DNA from: Bdellovibrionota bacterium
Lineage (GTDB): Bacteria > Bdellovibrionota_C > UBA2361 > JAAYZI01
Length of the DNA stretch: 64,000 nt
Direction: 5' to 3'
Assembly (NCBI GenBank): GCA_050950765.1
Contig: JBMNIF010000001.1
Location: 352,001-416,000 of the forward strand
This document shows, piece by piece, positions 1-10,074 of this stretch; within the stretch, counting starts at the first letter, position 1, and each line of letters starts with the position of its first letter. Both the position numbers and the translations under genes were made by a program. Below the pieces are notes generated by a model, which had not been told where the DNA came from, did no database searches, and saw only the letters and a program-made list of their open reading frames with translations.

Positions 1-91
1 AGAGTCAGGGAGCTAGAGAGGAGGTATTTTTCCCTGCTTCACGGCGGTTCTTATCTTGAGCCTACCTTATGGCCGCCGTGAACTCCAACCC
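1..91 (-). ncRNA. Candidate structured RNA or 5' leader running off the left edge
   Basis: Minus-strand sigma70-like promoter TTGAAG(124-119)-N17-TAGATT(101-96), then a GC-rich 10-bp stem (38-47/73-82) and a second stem (6-11/31-36); no ORF. Confidence 0.3.
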
Positions 92-298
92 TTTTAATCT
101 AACTTCTTTGTGCTATTCCTTCAAAAAATTACTTCTTAAAGGTATGGAGTAAATATTCTTCACCACACCAGATATTACGGTTCGAAATATTAAGATATTG
201 TTTGTTTTTTCGCCGCCACTGTTAATTATTTACAAATGTTGCTATATTTCTTCTCACTTGCTGAAAGTTCAGCCGTATATTTTTGAAAGGAAACATCT

Positions 299-877
299 AT
301 GGGTAAATCATTAAAAGGAACGAAAACAGAGCAGAACCTCTTAAAATCTTTTGCCGGAGAGTCTCAGGCAAGAAACAGATATACATATTTTTCAAGTGTT
401 GCTGCCAAAGAAGGCTATAAGCAGATCTCTCTTATCTTTGAAGAGACAGCTGATCACGAAAAAGAACATGCAAAACGGATGTTTAAATACCTAGAAGGTG
501 GCGATCTTGAAATAACCTCTACTTATCCTGCTGGTAAAATCGGGACAACTTTAGAAAATCTTGAAGCTGCCGCTTGCGGTGAAAACGAAGAGTGGTCTCA
601 ACTTTATCCCGAGTTTGCAGCTGTCGCCAGATCTGAAGGATTCGAAGATATCGCAGAGATGTACGAAGCGATCTGCGTCGCTGAAAAACAACATGAAAAA
701 CGGTATCGTGCTTTGGCAGATAACATCAAAAACGGAGTTGTCTTCAAAAAAGACGGTAAGATCTTCTGGAGATGCCTAAACTGCGGTTATATCCATGAAG
801 GTGATACCGCTCCTGTTGTTTGCCCAGCCTGCGTGCATCCGCAAGCTCATTTCGAAGAGTTGGCTGAAAATTGGTAG
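299..877 (+). CDS. rbr: Rubrerythrin
   Basis: AFAGESQARNRY-type N-terminus, EKEHA and EKQHE diiron motifs, C-terminal CxxC...CxxC rubredoxin domain. Confidence 0.96.
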   Translation: MGKSLKGTKTEQNLLKSFAGESQARNRYTYFSSVAAKEGYKQISLIFEETADHEKEHAKRMFKYLEGGDLEITSTYPAGKIGTTLENLEAAACGENEEWSQLYPEFAAVARSEGFEDIAEMYEAICVAEKQHEKRYRALADNIKNGVVFKKDGKIFWRCLNCGYIHEGDTAPVVCPACVHPQAHFEELAENW

Positions 878-929
878 AGAGTAACGCTATGCACAAATAG
901 ACCGTTTGAAGTCTGTGCATAGTAATTTT

Positions 930-956
930 AAGGGCACGTCTTTAGGGGGTGCCCTT
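930..956 (+). terminator. Hairpin terminator after rbr
   Basis: AAGGGCAC...GTGCCCTT inverted repeat; weak U tail. Confidence 0.5.
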
Positions 957-1589
957 CTCCCCAACTCCCGAGTCTTTTGAAGTTTTTTAGTTGTTTAGTT
1001 GAAATTCGTTCATTGTAAAGATCTAGCTCGGTTTAAATTATTAGAGCCATCATATGCCGTAGTCCATCTGATAACGTAAAAAGTTTGGCATGTTAGAGTT
1101 ATCTCATTTGATTTATTATATTTTTTTAAATAATCCTCAATAGTTAATCGACTAAATAGACGACTCAAAAAAAGTTTAGGGCTTCAGTTTTTAATATAAG
1201 AATATAAAAAAAATCTATTTAATTTAAAAAGTTAGAAACACCTTAGCGATAAGTAGCGATATCTGTTTGCTGACATTGGCGCTTTGCACTGGCATTGCGT
1301 CAACAAGGTTATGCTGAATGTTTCACAATAAATAATCGAATTCGATTATCGTGAGGATTTAGTGTGTCTAAAAGTGCAAAAAACAATCTGTCTATCTGTC
1401 ACAGTGGCTTTTACGCTTACGGTGATTTGTAGCAGTGCATATATATTGTTGCTTAGTTGTATTGGCTTCTCACTAACTTAGAGGGAGTCAAGATAATTAC
1501 AGCATAGAAAACGTTGCGATTATACTTTTAGTGTAGTTGCCAACAAACAACAACTAGTACTAGCTTTTGCTAGTTAGAAAGGTTTCATC

Positions 1590-2576
1590 ATGAAACTAGA
1601 CAAAGACTGCGCCCTAAATGGGCTACTTGCCTTCTGCATCGTTTTTGGATCTGTGTTTGCGTATGAAGGCGCGAAATACTTTGCGCCATACATAAAGGGC
1701 ACGAATCGGGTTCAATCCGTTGCTCAACAGAGCGGCGAGTCCGACGATGAACCGAGCGGCGAGTTCGACGATAAATCGAACGGCGTGCTTGGCGAGATGT
1801 CCTTCGATATCCTTGACGAGGATGTTCTCGACGGTCTCCAATCCCAACAAGGCGACACCGCCTCTGAACGAGGCGTTGCGTCGGGGGGGCCTGTCGCCAC
1901 GGTGGAGTGCGGTAGCGACCTTAGCCCTGAAGAGAGGGAGGAAGTGGCGCGCTTTATTAGTGGGCTTGTCCTCAAAATGAAGCTAGCTGACCCCTTCGAA
2001 GATCCCCCTGCGGAGTTCTCCACGGGGGACTGCGTCGCTGAATTGGCGAAATCAATCAAACGTCTCGCTTGGTGGACTGAGGCTATCGGTGATTTCTCCG
2101 AGGCGTTCTTGGATAATGATCCTAAAGTCGCTGCCACGTTACGTGGTACGGCGCAAGCTTTCAAGGTTATGACCACCAAGGTCGAGCGTCTGGAAGCAAT
2201 CGTCGAGGAAAAAGGCGACGACTCCTTAAAGGATCCTGAAGCGTTACAGTGCGCCGCTGCAATCAAAATTGCCGCTTGGTGGATCGATAGATCCTTCAGT
2301 GACGTTAGATGTAGTGACCCAGAACGTGTTGGATTCGATGGGAATGTCGGCTTGCTGTTCTCGTTCTGTGAAACAATTCTCGAAAGAGCGTCGCAATATC
2401 AAGAACGACAAGAATGGAAGCCTGGTGACCTGTTGTCAGGTTGTGGGGCATGCGTTTCTAGCTTAACAGTCGAGGAGATTCCTGAGTCTACGACGACGGA
2501 TCCCACGCCTATGACGATGGTTCCTGAGTCTACGACGATGGTTCCTGAGTCTGCTGCGAATGCCCTTGCACTCTAG
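1590..2576 (+). CDS. Hypothetical membrane-anchored acidic protein with C-terminal (PESTTMV)-like repeats
   Basis: 328-aa ORF, AGAAAGG RBS, N-terminal hydrophobic helix, GC-richer than its flanks. Confidence 0.7.
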   Translation: MKLDKDCALNGLLAFCIVFGSVFAYEGAKYFAPYIKGTNRVQSVAQQSGESDDEPSGEFDDKSNGVLGEMSFDILDEDVLDGLQSQQGDTASERGVASGGPVATVECGSDLSPEEREEVARFISGLVLKMKLADPFEDPPAEFSTGDCVAELAKSIKRLAWWTEAIGDFSEAFLDNDPKVAATLRGTAQAFKVMTTKVERLEAIVEEKGDDSLKDPEALQCAAAIKIAAWWIDRSFSDVRCSDPERVGFDGNVGLLFSFCETILERASQYQERQEWKPGDLLSGCGACVSSLTVEEIPESTTTDPTPMTMVPESTTMVPESAANALAL

Positions 2577-2605
2577 ACGATGTTTATCGTCAGCAACAAC
2601 CTTTT

Positions 2606-2636
2606 TGAAGCTCTCCTCGGAGGGCTTCATTTCTTT
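2606..2636 (+). terminator. Intrinsic terminator
   Basis: TGAAGCTCTCC/GGAGGGCTTCA stem followed by a T-rich tail. Confidence 0.65.
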
Positions 2637-2881
2637 AGTGCGTTATTTATTGCAAGGATTGTAAGGTGAGATCTAAAGGGAGTAGAACGCCATCTGCCTT
2701 GATTAGGTGAGATTAGATTTAGTAATTTAGATAGGTAAGTCTTATTAAATAAACAGAGATTAATTTTATACAGTGAGCTGTATGAGATTTGATTTTAGTG
2801 ATCTGTTTTAAATTATTAGAGTTGTTACGTGTATGTTTTCTTTGTATGGCGGTGTGGAAGGCTTAGCACGTTAGTGCACCT

Positions 2882-3535
2882 CTATTCGATAAGATCGTAA
2901 TCGATATTTCCCATACAGCACGGGCATAATAAATAGCGAACTCCTACCTTGTCGTTACCGATCCAATCTGCAATATAAGGTTCAACCCAGCCATCTTTTA
3001 TGCAGTATACGGAGTTGGCGGGGGGAGTGGAATCGTTTGTAATGGTCTGAAAAGATCTGCACTCTATCGTTGCATCAAGTGCATAATAACACTCTTCTGC
3101 GTGTCGCCACTCATCTTGTAAGGTTGAAACTTCTTCGGCTCCAGCATTATAGCTCATAGCGGTTTGAGGGCGTGTTTTTTTACGATCCTGTAAGATCCTA
3201 TACTGATAAAAGCGGCTAATAAAAAAACGACGCAACTCATGATAAGGGACGGCACGAAGTTGAAAATCGGAATATGTACCTTCAAAAACCTCTCCCGAAA
3301 GGGGGTGTATAAAATGATTTGCGGCATCCTTAAAAATAAATGATCCATCATAGGAAGGAGTATCAATTTTGTACGCAAGATAGATCACATCACTGGCGCT
3401 TTGCCAATTAGATAATAGGGCTCCTAAAAATATAAAATCTCGAGTTAAGGGCGGAGGTAGACCATCACGAAAATAACTACACGTGATGTCAGGTGGGGTG
3501 TATAGATCTGATGAAAAAATCGTGCTTTCAAGCAT
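2882..3535 (-). CDS. Hypothetical protein with C-terminal CPCC
   Basis: 217-aa ORF with AAAGGT RBS; no family recognised. Confidence 0.6.
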   Translation of the reverse strand: MLESTIFSSDLYTPPDITCSYFRDGLPPPLTRDFIFLGALLSNWQSASDVIYLAYKIDTPSYDGSFIFKDAANHFIHPLSGEVFEGTYSDFQLRAVPYHELRRFFISRFYQYRILQDRKKTRPQTAMSYNAGAEEVSTLQDEWRHAEECYYALDATIECRSFQTITNDSTPPANSVYCIKDGWVEPYIADWIGNDKVGVRYLLCPCCMGNIDYDLIE

Positions 3536-3665
3536 ACCTTTAAGATCGGTATGCTTGAGGGTAAACTTAACTTTTTAGCGGCTATTTTCTACGGTATCAC
3601 CAATAATCTGATAAAGTAACCCGTACTAGAAATATCGATAGCTGTAATATAAGGGCAAAGGGAGT

Positions 3666-3905
3666 CTACGCTAAATCACTTAAAGACATGCCATATTTCT
3701 TTAATGTGGCTTGTAGACCAAACTTATCAATCGTGCGAATAACACGAGTTGAAATTTTGAGTGTAACATAGCGTTTTTCCTCAGGAATATACACTCGCTT
3801 GACCTGCAAATTCGGTTGGAAAAGGTGCTTTGTACGATTTTTAGCGTGACTTACACGGTTACCGCTCTGACGAGAAGTTCCTGAAATTTGACAACGACGA
3901 GCCAT
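3666..3905 (-). CDS. rpmB: 50S ribosomal protein L28
   Basis: MARRCQISG...GNRVSHAKNRTKHLFQPNLQ signature. Confidence 0.97.
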   Translation of the reverse strand: MARRCQISGTSRQSGNRVSHAKNRTKHLFQPNLQVKRVYIPEEKRYVTLKISTRVIRTIDKFGLQATLKKYGMSLSDLA

Positions 3906-4242
3906 AACTAATCTCTCTCTTTTTTGTTTAAGTACTTATTTTAACAATGTAAATAATAAAATGTAAATAATAATACGACCACCTCTCAAAGGTAGTAAGG
4001 ACGTCGACAATGTGAGCAACCACGCTAACACCACCTGAGAGTGGTGGAGACTATGCAGTAATTATGCAAAAAAAGCAAGCCCGTAGAGTTTTTTGAGGGT
4101 GAGGAGGGTAAGTGGCTTAGGGCTTATCTGGATGATGTCGCCAAGCATTTTTTTACATTTTTACTAAAAAGTTATGTATAATTAGTAATGACACTTAGGA
4201 GTCAAAATCGAAGTGTGAGAAATATTATAAAAGTTTGCGGCA

Positions 4243-4881
4243 CTAGACGCTTAGCGCGCGCCAACAGGAATCGGCTATCTCACCTGCCAAAGCGCTCGGA
4301 GAATGCTTACTGTAACTATCCAGCCAGTCACGAACAAAGGAAAGGGGGATGCCGAAGAGGATGCTCCAGATAACATCAGCGCGGAGCGGTCTAATCTTCC
4401 CCTCTCTAATCCCGTTTTTTATAGTTTTCGTCAGTTTTCTGCCGAGGTCATCGTAACCGACTTTAGTCGGATGACGAATTTCACCCGTTATAAATTCGTT
4501 GTGTCTGCAAAGCCACATGTACTTTGAAAGTTGGTGGTTCAATTCGGAAAATTCAAGAAAAGATCTTACTAATGTTTTAACGACATCCTCTACATCGTCT
4601 TTATTTTTAATAGAGTTAAAAAGGGTAGCTCTGAAAGAGGTTAGCCCTTCATTATATAGAGAGACTGCAACGTTCTCTTTGTTTTTAAAGTTATGATAAA
4701 TCGATCCGACACTACACTTCGATTCGCGACTTAGATCGGGTACATTGGTGTTGAAATAGCCCTGTTCAACAAACAGCTTTAAAGCCGCTGCCATTATTCT
4801 TTCACGAGGGCTAAATGAGGTAAAATCGACTTTTGGTTTTTCTGTTGCAGCTTGTGCTTCAGAGTTCTGTTTCCCTTCCAT
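4243..4881 (-). CDS. TetR/AcrR family transcriptional regulator
   Basis: RERIMAAALKLFVEQGY...SVGSIYHNFKNKE helix-turn-helix. Confidence 0.93.
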   Translation of the reverse strand: MEGKQNSEAQAATEKPKVDFTSFSPRERIMAAALKLFVEQGYFNTNVPDLSRESKCSVGSIYHNFKNKENVAVSLYNEGLTSFRATLFNSIKNKDDVEDVVKTLVRSFLEFSELNHQLSKYMWLCRHNEFITGEIRHPTKVGYDDLGRKLTKTIKNGIREGKIRPLRADVIWSILFGIPLSFVRDWLDSYSKHSPSALAGEIADSCWRALSV

Positions 4882-4908
4882 GGGCGCAGTTATACTCTTG
4901 ATTGATGG

Positions 4909-5062
4909 AAAGTGTAAAGATCTGCTAAGACCGCGATATATATCAGTAGTGAATACAAACCTTTCAATAAAAAGTGTAAGGAACTGCTAGGGTTGTGATA
5001 TATCAGCAGAGAATACAAACCTTTCAAACCTTTCAATAAAAAGTCTAGGGGTCTGCTAAGGC
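4909..5062. repeat. Degenerate ~62-70 bp tandem repeat, ~2.5 copies
   Basis: AAAGTGTAA..CTGCTA..GATATATCAG..GAATACAAACCTTTCAATAA recurs at ~4909, ~4971 and ~5040. Confidence 0.8.
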
Positions 5063-5122
5063 CCTCGCTGTACAAGATATTTTACCTTGCTAGGGCACGA
5101 TGTTTTAACTTATAACACCACT

Positions 5123-5242
5123 ATGAGTGGAGACGGGAAGATATTATATCGTATATTTATTGGCTTGGTTGCTTCAGCTGTCGTACTAGTACTTGTATTT
5201 ACGATCGTGTTCGTTGTGCTTCTCTTTCGTAGTCTGTTCTAA
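5123..5242 (+). CDS. 39-aa single-pass membrane peptide (below the ORF-track cutoff)
   Basis: MSGDGKILYRIFIGLVASAVVLVLVFTIVFVVLLFRSLF*; TTGCTA-N18-TATAAC lies just upstream. Confidence 0.55.
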   Translation: MSGDGKILYRIFIGLVASAVVLVLVFTIVFVVLLFRSLF

Positions 5243-5269
5243 GTTGGAAATAAGAAAATATAAGAGAAC

Positions 5270-5553
5270 GAACAAGGACTTTTTAATAATATTTTTCCTT
5301 TGCAGAAAACCTTTTTTAAACCTTTTGGAAAGAGCTTTTGGGTATAAGAGGACGAGGACTTTTTAGTGATGTTTTTCCTTTGCAGAAGACCTTTTTTAAA
5401 CCTTTCGGAAAGGGCTTTTGAGTATAAGAGAACAAAGGCTTTTCAGTGATATTTTTCTTTGCAGAAGACCTTTATAAAAACCTTTTCGGAAAGAGCTTTC
5501 GAGTATAAAAGAACAAAGGCTTTTCAGTAATATTTTTTCTGAAAAGCCTTTGT
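5270..5553. repeat. ~80-bp tandem repeat, 3.5 copies, ending in a perfect 15-bp hairpin
   Basis: Unit GAACAA..CTTTT..TTTGCAGAA.ACCTTT..GGAAAG.GCTTT.G.GTATAA; hairpin ACAAAGGCTTTTCAG/CTGAAAAGCCTTTGT at 5513-5553. Confidence 0.85.
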
Positions 5554-5585
5554 GCTGATCTAGCTTTGACTCTTACGTCTTTCGA

Positions 5586-6230
5586 TCAGACGGTAATGAG
5601 ATTATATGTAACAGCCATACGCACTAAATCTGCGTTATTTCTAGCTTTTAATTTGCGTAAGATGTTGCTGCGGTGCGTATCGACCGTTCTAATACTGATA
5701 TGAAGCTTTTCTCCGATCTCTCTGTTGCTCATACCGTTTGCTAAGTGTTTTGTAATCTCGAGCTCCCTTTTTGTTAAAACGGAAAGGGGAGAGTTCTCCA
5801 GTGGCTCTCTTTCCGCTATAAGGGGCGCTATCACTTCAGGGCTTAAATAAGTTTTTCCTTTTAAAACTGATGAAATTGCGAAAAGTAGCTCCTCCGTATC
5901 GGCATTTTTAGGGATAAAACCCTTTGCTCCGGCGTGTAGTGCAGCGCTAACGTATTTACCTTTATCGTTTGCAGAGAGGATTAAAACAGGTGGCATCTGG
6001 TCGTGTTTAAATTGTGCCTCCATCGCTTTTAATGTTTCCACACCATCAAGTCGTGGCATACAGGCATCCATTATGATCAGATCCGGATGTTGATCTGATT
6101 TTAGTAGCTCAAGAAGTTGCTCGCCATCTTCAGCTTGAGCTACAACGTTGAAATCTCCTCTATTTTCTAAAAGTTCGCATAATGCCTGACGTACGATAGC
6201 GTGATCGTCTGCAACAATAAGATTAACCAT
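5586..6230 (-). CDS. NarL/FixJ-family response regulator (REC + LuxR HTH)
   Basis: VADDHAIVR, IMD phosphoacceptor, LTKRELEI...SNREIGEKLHISIRTVDTHRSNI; likely start at 6230. Confidence 0.95.
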   Translation of the reverse strand: MVNLIVADDHAIVRQALCELLENRGDFNVVAQAEDGEQLLELLKSDQHPDLIIMDACMPRLDGVETLKAMEAQFKHDQMPPVLILSANDKGKYVSAALHAGAKGFIPKNADTEELLFAISSVLKGKTYLSPEVIAPLIAEREPLENSPLSVLTKRELEITKHLANGMSNREIGEKLHISIRTVDTHRSNILRKLKARNNADLVRMAVTYNLITV

Positions 6231-6434
6231 AAAAACCCCCATGATGAAACAGTATCCGGTTGTAGGGTGGTAATACGTCATTTTCTTAGTTAAACTTTAG
6301 CTCTTGAGAAGATTTTTTTAGAAATATTTCGTAAGTGTTGAATCTGACGACGTGTTGTTTAAAGCCTTGAAAAGACAGATAGCTGCGCCAGTGGGAACGG
6401 CTTAAGTTAAATTAAAAAGCTCAATTTAGGGCAG

Positions 6435-6479
6435 AAAAAAAGAACGCTTAGTAGGTTTATGGCAGTCCTAAGCGTTCTT
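6435..6479 (-). terminator. Intrinsic terminator
   Basis: 12-bp stem AAGAACGCTTAG/CTAAGCGTTCTT followed by a U-run on the minus strand. Confidence 0.7.
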
Positions 6480-6494
6480 ATTATCTAGAGTTTA

Positions 6495-6806
6495 TTATCT
6501 CTCTTTCTTGGGGATCTCTATCCGCATGCTGCCGCAGGTATCTCGACAAAGAACCGCAACATCACCCAAGTTGATAAAAAAGTTTGTCCCTTCAATACTG
6601 ACTTCAACGGGGAAGTTCTCTGAACCTTGCGTCGCTAACTTTCTCATCCCTGTGGCGATCTGATTAAAGCCGTTAGATAAACGTAAGATCGTTCCACTTT
6701 TTAAGATAATAGTAGCACCGTCTCCGGCATAAGCTGCCTCCGGATTTTGAAAGAAAAAGGTTAGGGTTAATAAAATAAGGATTATTTTTTTCATAACGTT
6801 CTCCAT
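6495..6806 (-). CDS. Small exported hypothetical protein
   Basis: MKKIILILL...AYA signal peptide. Confidence 0.75.
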   Translation of the reverse strand: MENVMKKIILILLTLTFFFQNPEAAYAGDGATIILKSGTILRLSNGFNQIATGMRKLATQGSENFPVEVSIEGTNFFINLGDVAVLCRDTCGSMRIEIPKKER

Positions 6807-6815
6807 AATAAAATA

Positions 6816-9800
6816 TTAAAAGATAAACGAAACTTTAGGCTGCTTAGTCGTGCCTTTTAAAGAAAACGGAACTGCGACGACACGTTGCTGTGTTTTCGAG
6901 ATGATCTTTCCTAGCACGGGGATGTGCTCTGAGACCTTGCCGATCGTTCTAAGTGGGATCACACGTCCTCTGCCGCGGATCTCACCTGTCTTAAGGTTGA
7001 TGGTGACACGCCTAAGGTTTATCGATAAAAAAGGCCCATCAAACTTAGCTTCTTGTAAAGTTAAAAATAATCCCTTAAGTGCGAACTTAATATTTATCTC
7101 AGAGAACGGCACTCCGGAGCTTTGCGAAAGCCATTTCTCTGCTGTAAAATAAGAGAGGATCTGCAGCAAGATCGGTTGATTTACAATATTGACACTTTTA
7201 ACCTTAATGTTTCCGACGATATCTTGCAGGTCGATCATATTTTTATCTTTAGTCTCTATATTTGCTATTAAACTTCCGTTACGTACATCTGAAGTATCGC
7301 TGAACAGTCTAACTAAGGCACCAGCATCATCTGCTTTGATAGTGATCTTTTGTGGCGTTGAGTTAGAGAGTAATCTTATATTTAAATCACCCTTCTTTGA
7401 AAGATACGAAGTGATCTGAAGATCTTTCCAGATCTTTGCTGTTCTAATGGCGTTTAGTTTTAGGTTAGTAAAGTTTCTTTCCCCTAATAAAAATGTTCCT
7501 AAGTCGGCTGTTAAATTAAGTGTGGTAGGAAAAGGATCTCGCGACTGCGTGTATTTTTTAAGGTTAACTTGTTGTGGCTCTGATTTTTTAGGGGTAAGAG
7601 CTAGCTTTCGTCCCTTTATATCAAGGGTGTTCGCACTGTATTTAAGTTTTGATAGATCTGTTTCGGCAACGTGTAATCTTGATATTTGAAGCGTTGATTT
7701 TGAGGGGTCTCTAATGTCAATTGTGCCGTTACCGAGAAGGTTTAAAGAGGGGGCTTTTAGATCAAAGTTCTGGAAGGAGAGTAGTTTGTTGGCACCTTGA
7801 TATGTTGCAGCAGTTGTTAGGGTGAGGTCTGAGGCGTGAGGCTTTTTATATTTTAATAACGGTATCTCAAGTGCAGTGTCTTTAAATGTAATAGTACCTG
7901 AAATATCCCAAGCTGTTTTTGATCGGCGGGAGAGTTGCAGGTCTAGTGGTGAAGGGGAGTTGTTGAATTTAAGAGTAACGTAGTCGTTAGAGAGTGGTGT
8001 TAAATAATCTGCAAGGTTTAGCTTGCCCGTAGCGGAGATCTTTAATCTATCTCCAAAAGATGCCATCTTTTCTGAAACTTTAAATTTTAACTTATTTTTT
8101 TGCAGGTAGCCCGTTCCTGAAACTGAAAAATCATTGTGAAGGATCTTTAGATCTGCTGTTGGTGCCGTGAAGGTATATTTTTTTCTGTTGGTGTCTTTTA
8201 AGGTAAAGGTGGCGGCGCTTAATTTGGTGTTGATATCGAAATCTACATCTTGGAGACGGATGTCTTCGTTCAATAGAAAGGAAAGAGCTATTTTACTGTG
8301 GTGTTGACCTGAAAAATCTAAGGGATCGGCTTCAGCAATTTCTGTTATAACGGTAGTTACTTCATTTATTAGCCCTTGCATAATAGCTTCAATCTTTAAA
8401 GTTTCAGTACCATCTGCCAAAACATCTCCGATAGAAACAGTTAAATCATTTATCTCTTGAGTGAGGATATTACCTTTGCTTGAAGTGATAGAGATGTTTC
8501 CGCGATCCATCGAGAAGTGTCCAGAAAGACCTTCTGCTGTTGGTGCGTTTGGAGCGTAAAGTACGGAAAGCCCGTCATAATCAAAATCTGCTTTTAAAAG
8601 AGTTTCTGGGGAGTCTTCTGCAAAAGAGAGCGTTGTTGATAGGGGAGTGCGCACCTTTATGGTTGCATTATAAATCGCTGCTTTATTTAGACGGTTAGCA
8701 AGCCACTCGTAAAGGTTCGGATTCTCTTTTCTTGGAATGTAGATAGGGATCTGATCAATATTAAAATCGGAGAATGAAGTTTCAAGTTCAAGGTAGGGGA
8801 TATCGTTCTCTCTCTTTTTTATTACGAAGTTGTTTGAAGCGATTATACCATTTTGATCCTTGATGGTAAGAACGCCTGAGAAGAGGTGATCTTGTGGTGA
8901 AATATGGAGATCGAGATCGATATCATCAAAGAGAAGAGGTGCATCGAAGATCTGTGGGGATGTTATCTTAGCATGGTGTAGATCGCTTTCAATTAAGATG
9001 TCTTCTAAATTATCTTCAAGGGTGAGTCGTGCTGAAGCGGAGACCCTTCCCGAAGCTTTAAAAACATTAAAAAATTCTTCTGGAATGTAATTATCAAAAG
9101 CATCCAAATTCTTAAATGCTAATGATGCTTTTATTTTGGCATAATCTTCACCCTCTTTTAGTGTTATTAGAAGGGTCAGGGGGATGGTGGCATCTTCCCG
9201 TTTTAGTGTTAGCTCTGTGCTGATAATAAGTTTTGATGAGTTGAGCCGATTCTCTAAAGAGGCTTCTTTAATCTCTGCTCTCCAAGCATCACCTAGTATC
9301 TGATCTTTAAAGAGCACTTGTGCCGTATCGATCTGAACCCCTTGCAGAGATTGCAGTTCGGAGGGGAGCTTGCTGCTGGATTGCTGCAACATTTTTAAGG
9401 CATCAAAGAAATTGATGGCTTCAGATGGTGGTGCGGTAGTTGTGGAGTTGCGACGTTGGGTGTCGGAAAAGGGTCTGCCTGAAATAAAAAGACCGGTGTC
9501 ATCACGAATGATGTTGATAGTGGGGTGATTGATAATAATATATCGTGGTGCGATTTTGCCGTGAAGAAAGCTCTTTATATCAAGTGTTGCTGAGACCCGC
9601 CCTAAAAGAGTTTCTTCTGAAGTTTCTGCTTTTATAATCTTAGTATCCGTTGCAGTAACTTTGAAGCCACTGTCAAAGGTTAGAAGTATAGAGGTTGCTT
9701 CAACTCTAAAGGTGTCAAAAGAAAGGGTGCTGGCGGGTATAAATTGAGTTAGGGGGATCCCGACGAAGAATAGTAGTAGGGAGAGGATAGTGATAACACT

Positions 9801-9869
9801 TAATCCCGCGAGAGTTAAAATCAGAAGTATGTAACGTAAAATTTTTTTCACAGAGACGATTTTTAACAT
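6816..9869 (-). CDS. AsmA-like / YhdP-type envelope (lipid-bridge) protein
   Basis: 1017 aa, N-terminal TM anchor, beta-rich body, C-terminal IPVLGKII...FSLKGTTKQPKV motif typical of AsmA_2. Confidence 0.8.
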   Translation of the reverse strand: MLKIVSVKKILRYILLILTLAGLSVITILSLLLFFVGIPLTQFIPASTLSFDTFRVEATSILLTFDSGFKVTATDTKIIKAETSEETLLGRVSATLDIKSFLHGKIAPRYIIINHPTINIIRDDTGLFISGRPFSDTQRRNSTTTAPPSEAINFFDALKMLQQSSSKLPSELQSLQGVQIDTAQVLFKDQILGDAWRAEIKEASLENRLNSSKLIISTELTLKREDATIPLTLLITLKEGEDYAKIKASLAFKNLDAFDNYIPEEFFNVFKASGRVSASARLTLEDNLEDILIESDLHHAKITSPQIFDAPLLFDDIDLDLHISPQDHLFSGVLTIKDQNGIIASNNFVIKKRENDIPYLELETSFSDFNIDQIPIYIPRKENPNLYEWLANRLNKAAIYNATIKVRTPLSTTLSFAEDSPETLLKADFDYDGLSVLYAPNAPTAEGLSGHFSMDRGNISITSSKGNILTQEINDLTVSIGDVLADGTETLKIEAIMQGLINEVTTVITEIAEADPLDFSGQHHSKIALSFLLNEDIRLQDVDFDINTKLSAATFTLKDTNRKKYTFTAPTADLKILHNDFSVSGTGYLQKNKLKFKVSEKMASFGDRLKISATGKLNLADYLTPLSNDYVTLKFNNSPSPLDLQLSRRSKTAWDISGTITFKDTALEIPLLKYKKPHASDLTLTTAATYQGANKLLSFQNFDLKAPSLNLLGNGTIDIRDPSKSTLQISRLHVAETDLSKLKYSANTLDIKGRKLALTPKKSEPQQVNLKKYTQSRDPFPTTLNLTADLGTFLLGERNFTNLKLNAIRTAKIWKDLQITSYLSKKGDLNIRLLSNSTPQKITIKADDAGALVRLFSDTSDVRNGSLIANIETKDKNMIDLQDIVGNIKVKSVNIVNQPILLQILSYFTAEKWLSQSSGVPFSEINIKFALKGLFLTLQEAKFDGPFLSINLRRVTINLKTGEIRGRGRVIPLRTIGKVSEHIPVLGKIISKTQQRVVAVPFSLKGTTKQPKVSFIF

Positions 9870-10074
9870 ATAAAAATTTATTCAACACTAAGCTTTATTT
9901 AAGAACAAGAGAGGGAGGTTTTTTCTTGTAAACAATGGCTGAAAGGTAATTTTCGGGATCGGGGGCTGGTATTAATCAGCAAATTAAATTAAGATCGCTC
10001 GCTGTCGGGTTTGCTCTGCAATAATGGCGGAGGAGCCGATTGATTCGGAAATTTATTCAGGTAAGGATATAAAC

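Noticed and set aside
1724..2266. 180-aa antisense ORF and similar shadow ORFs inside polA, hisF, ligA and the glycosyltransferases
   Set aside because: They overlap well-supported genes on the opposite strand or frame and have no recognisable motifs.
3528..3570. Sigma28 promoter for ORF 2882-3535
   Set aside because: TAAG-N15-ACCGATCT is only a partial match and coincides with an 11-bp inverted repeat over the start codon; too ambiguous to call.
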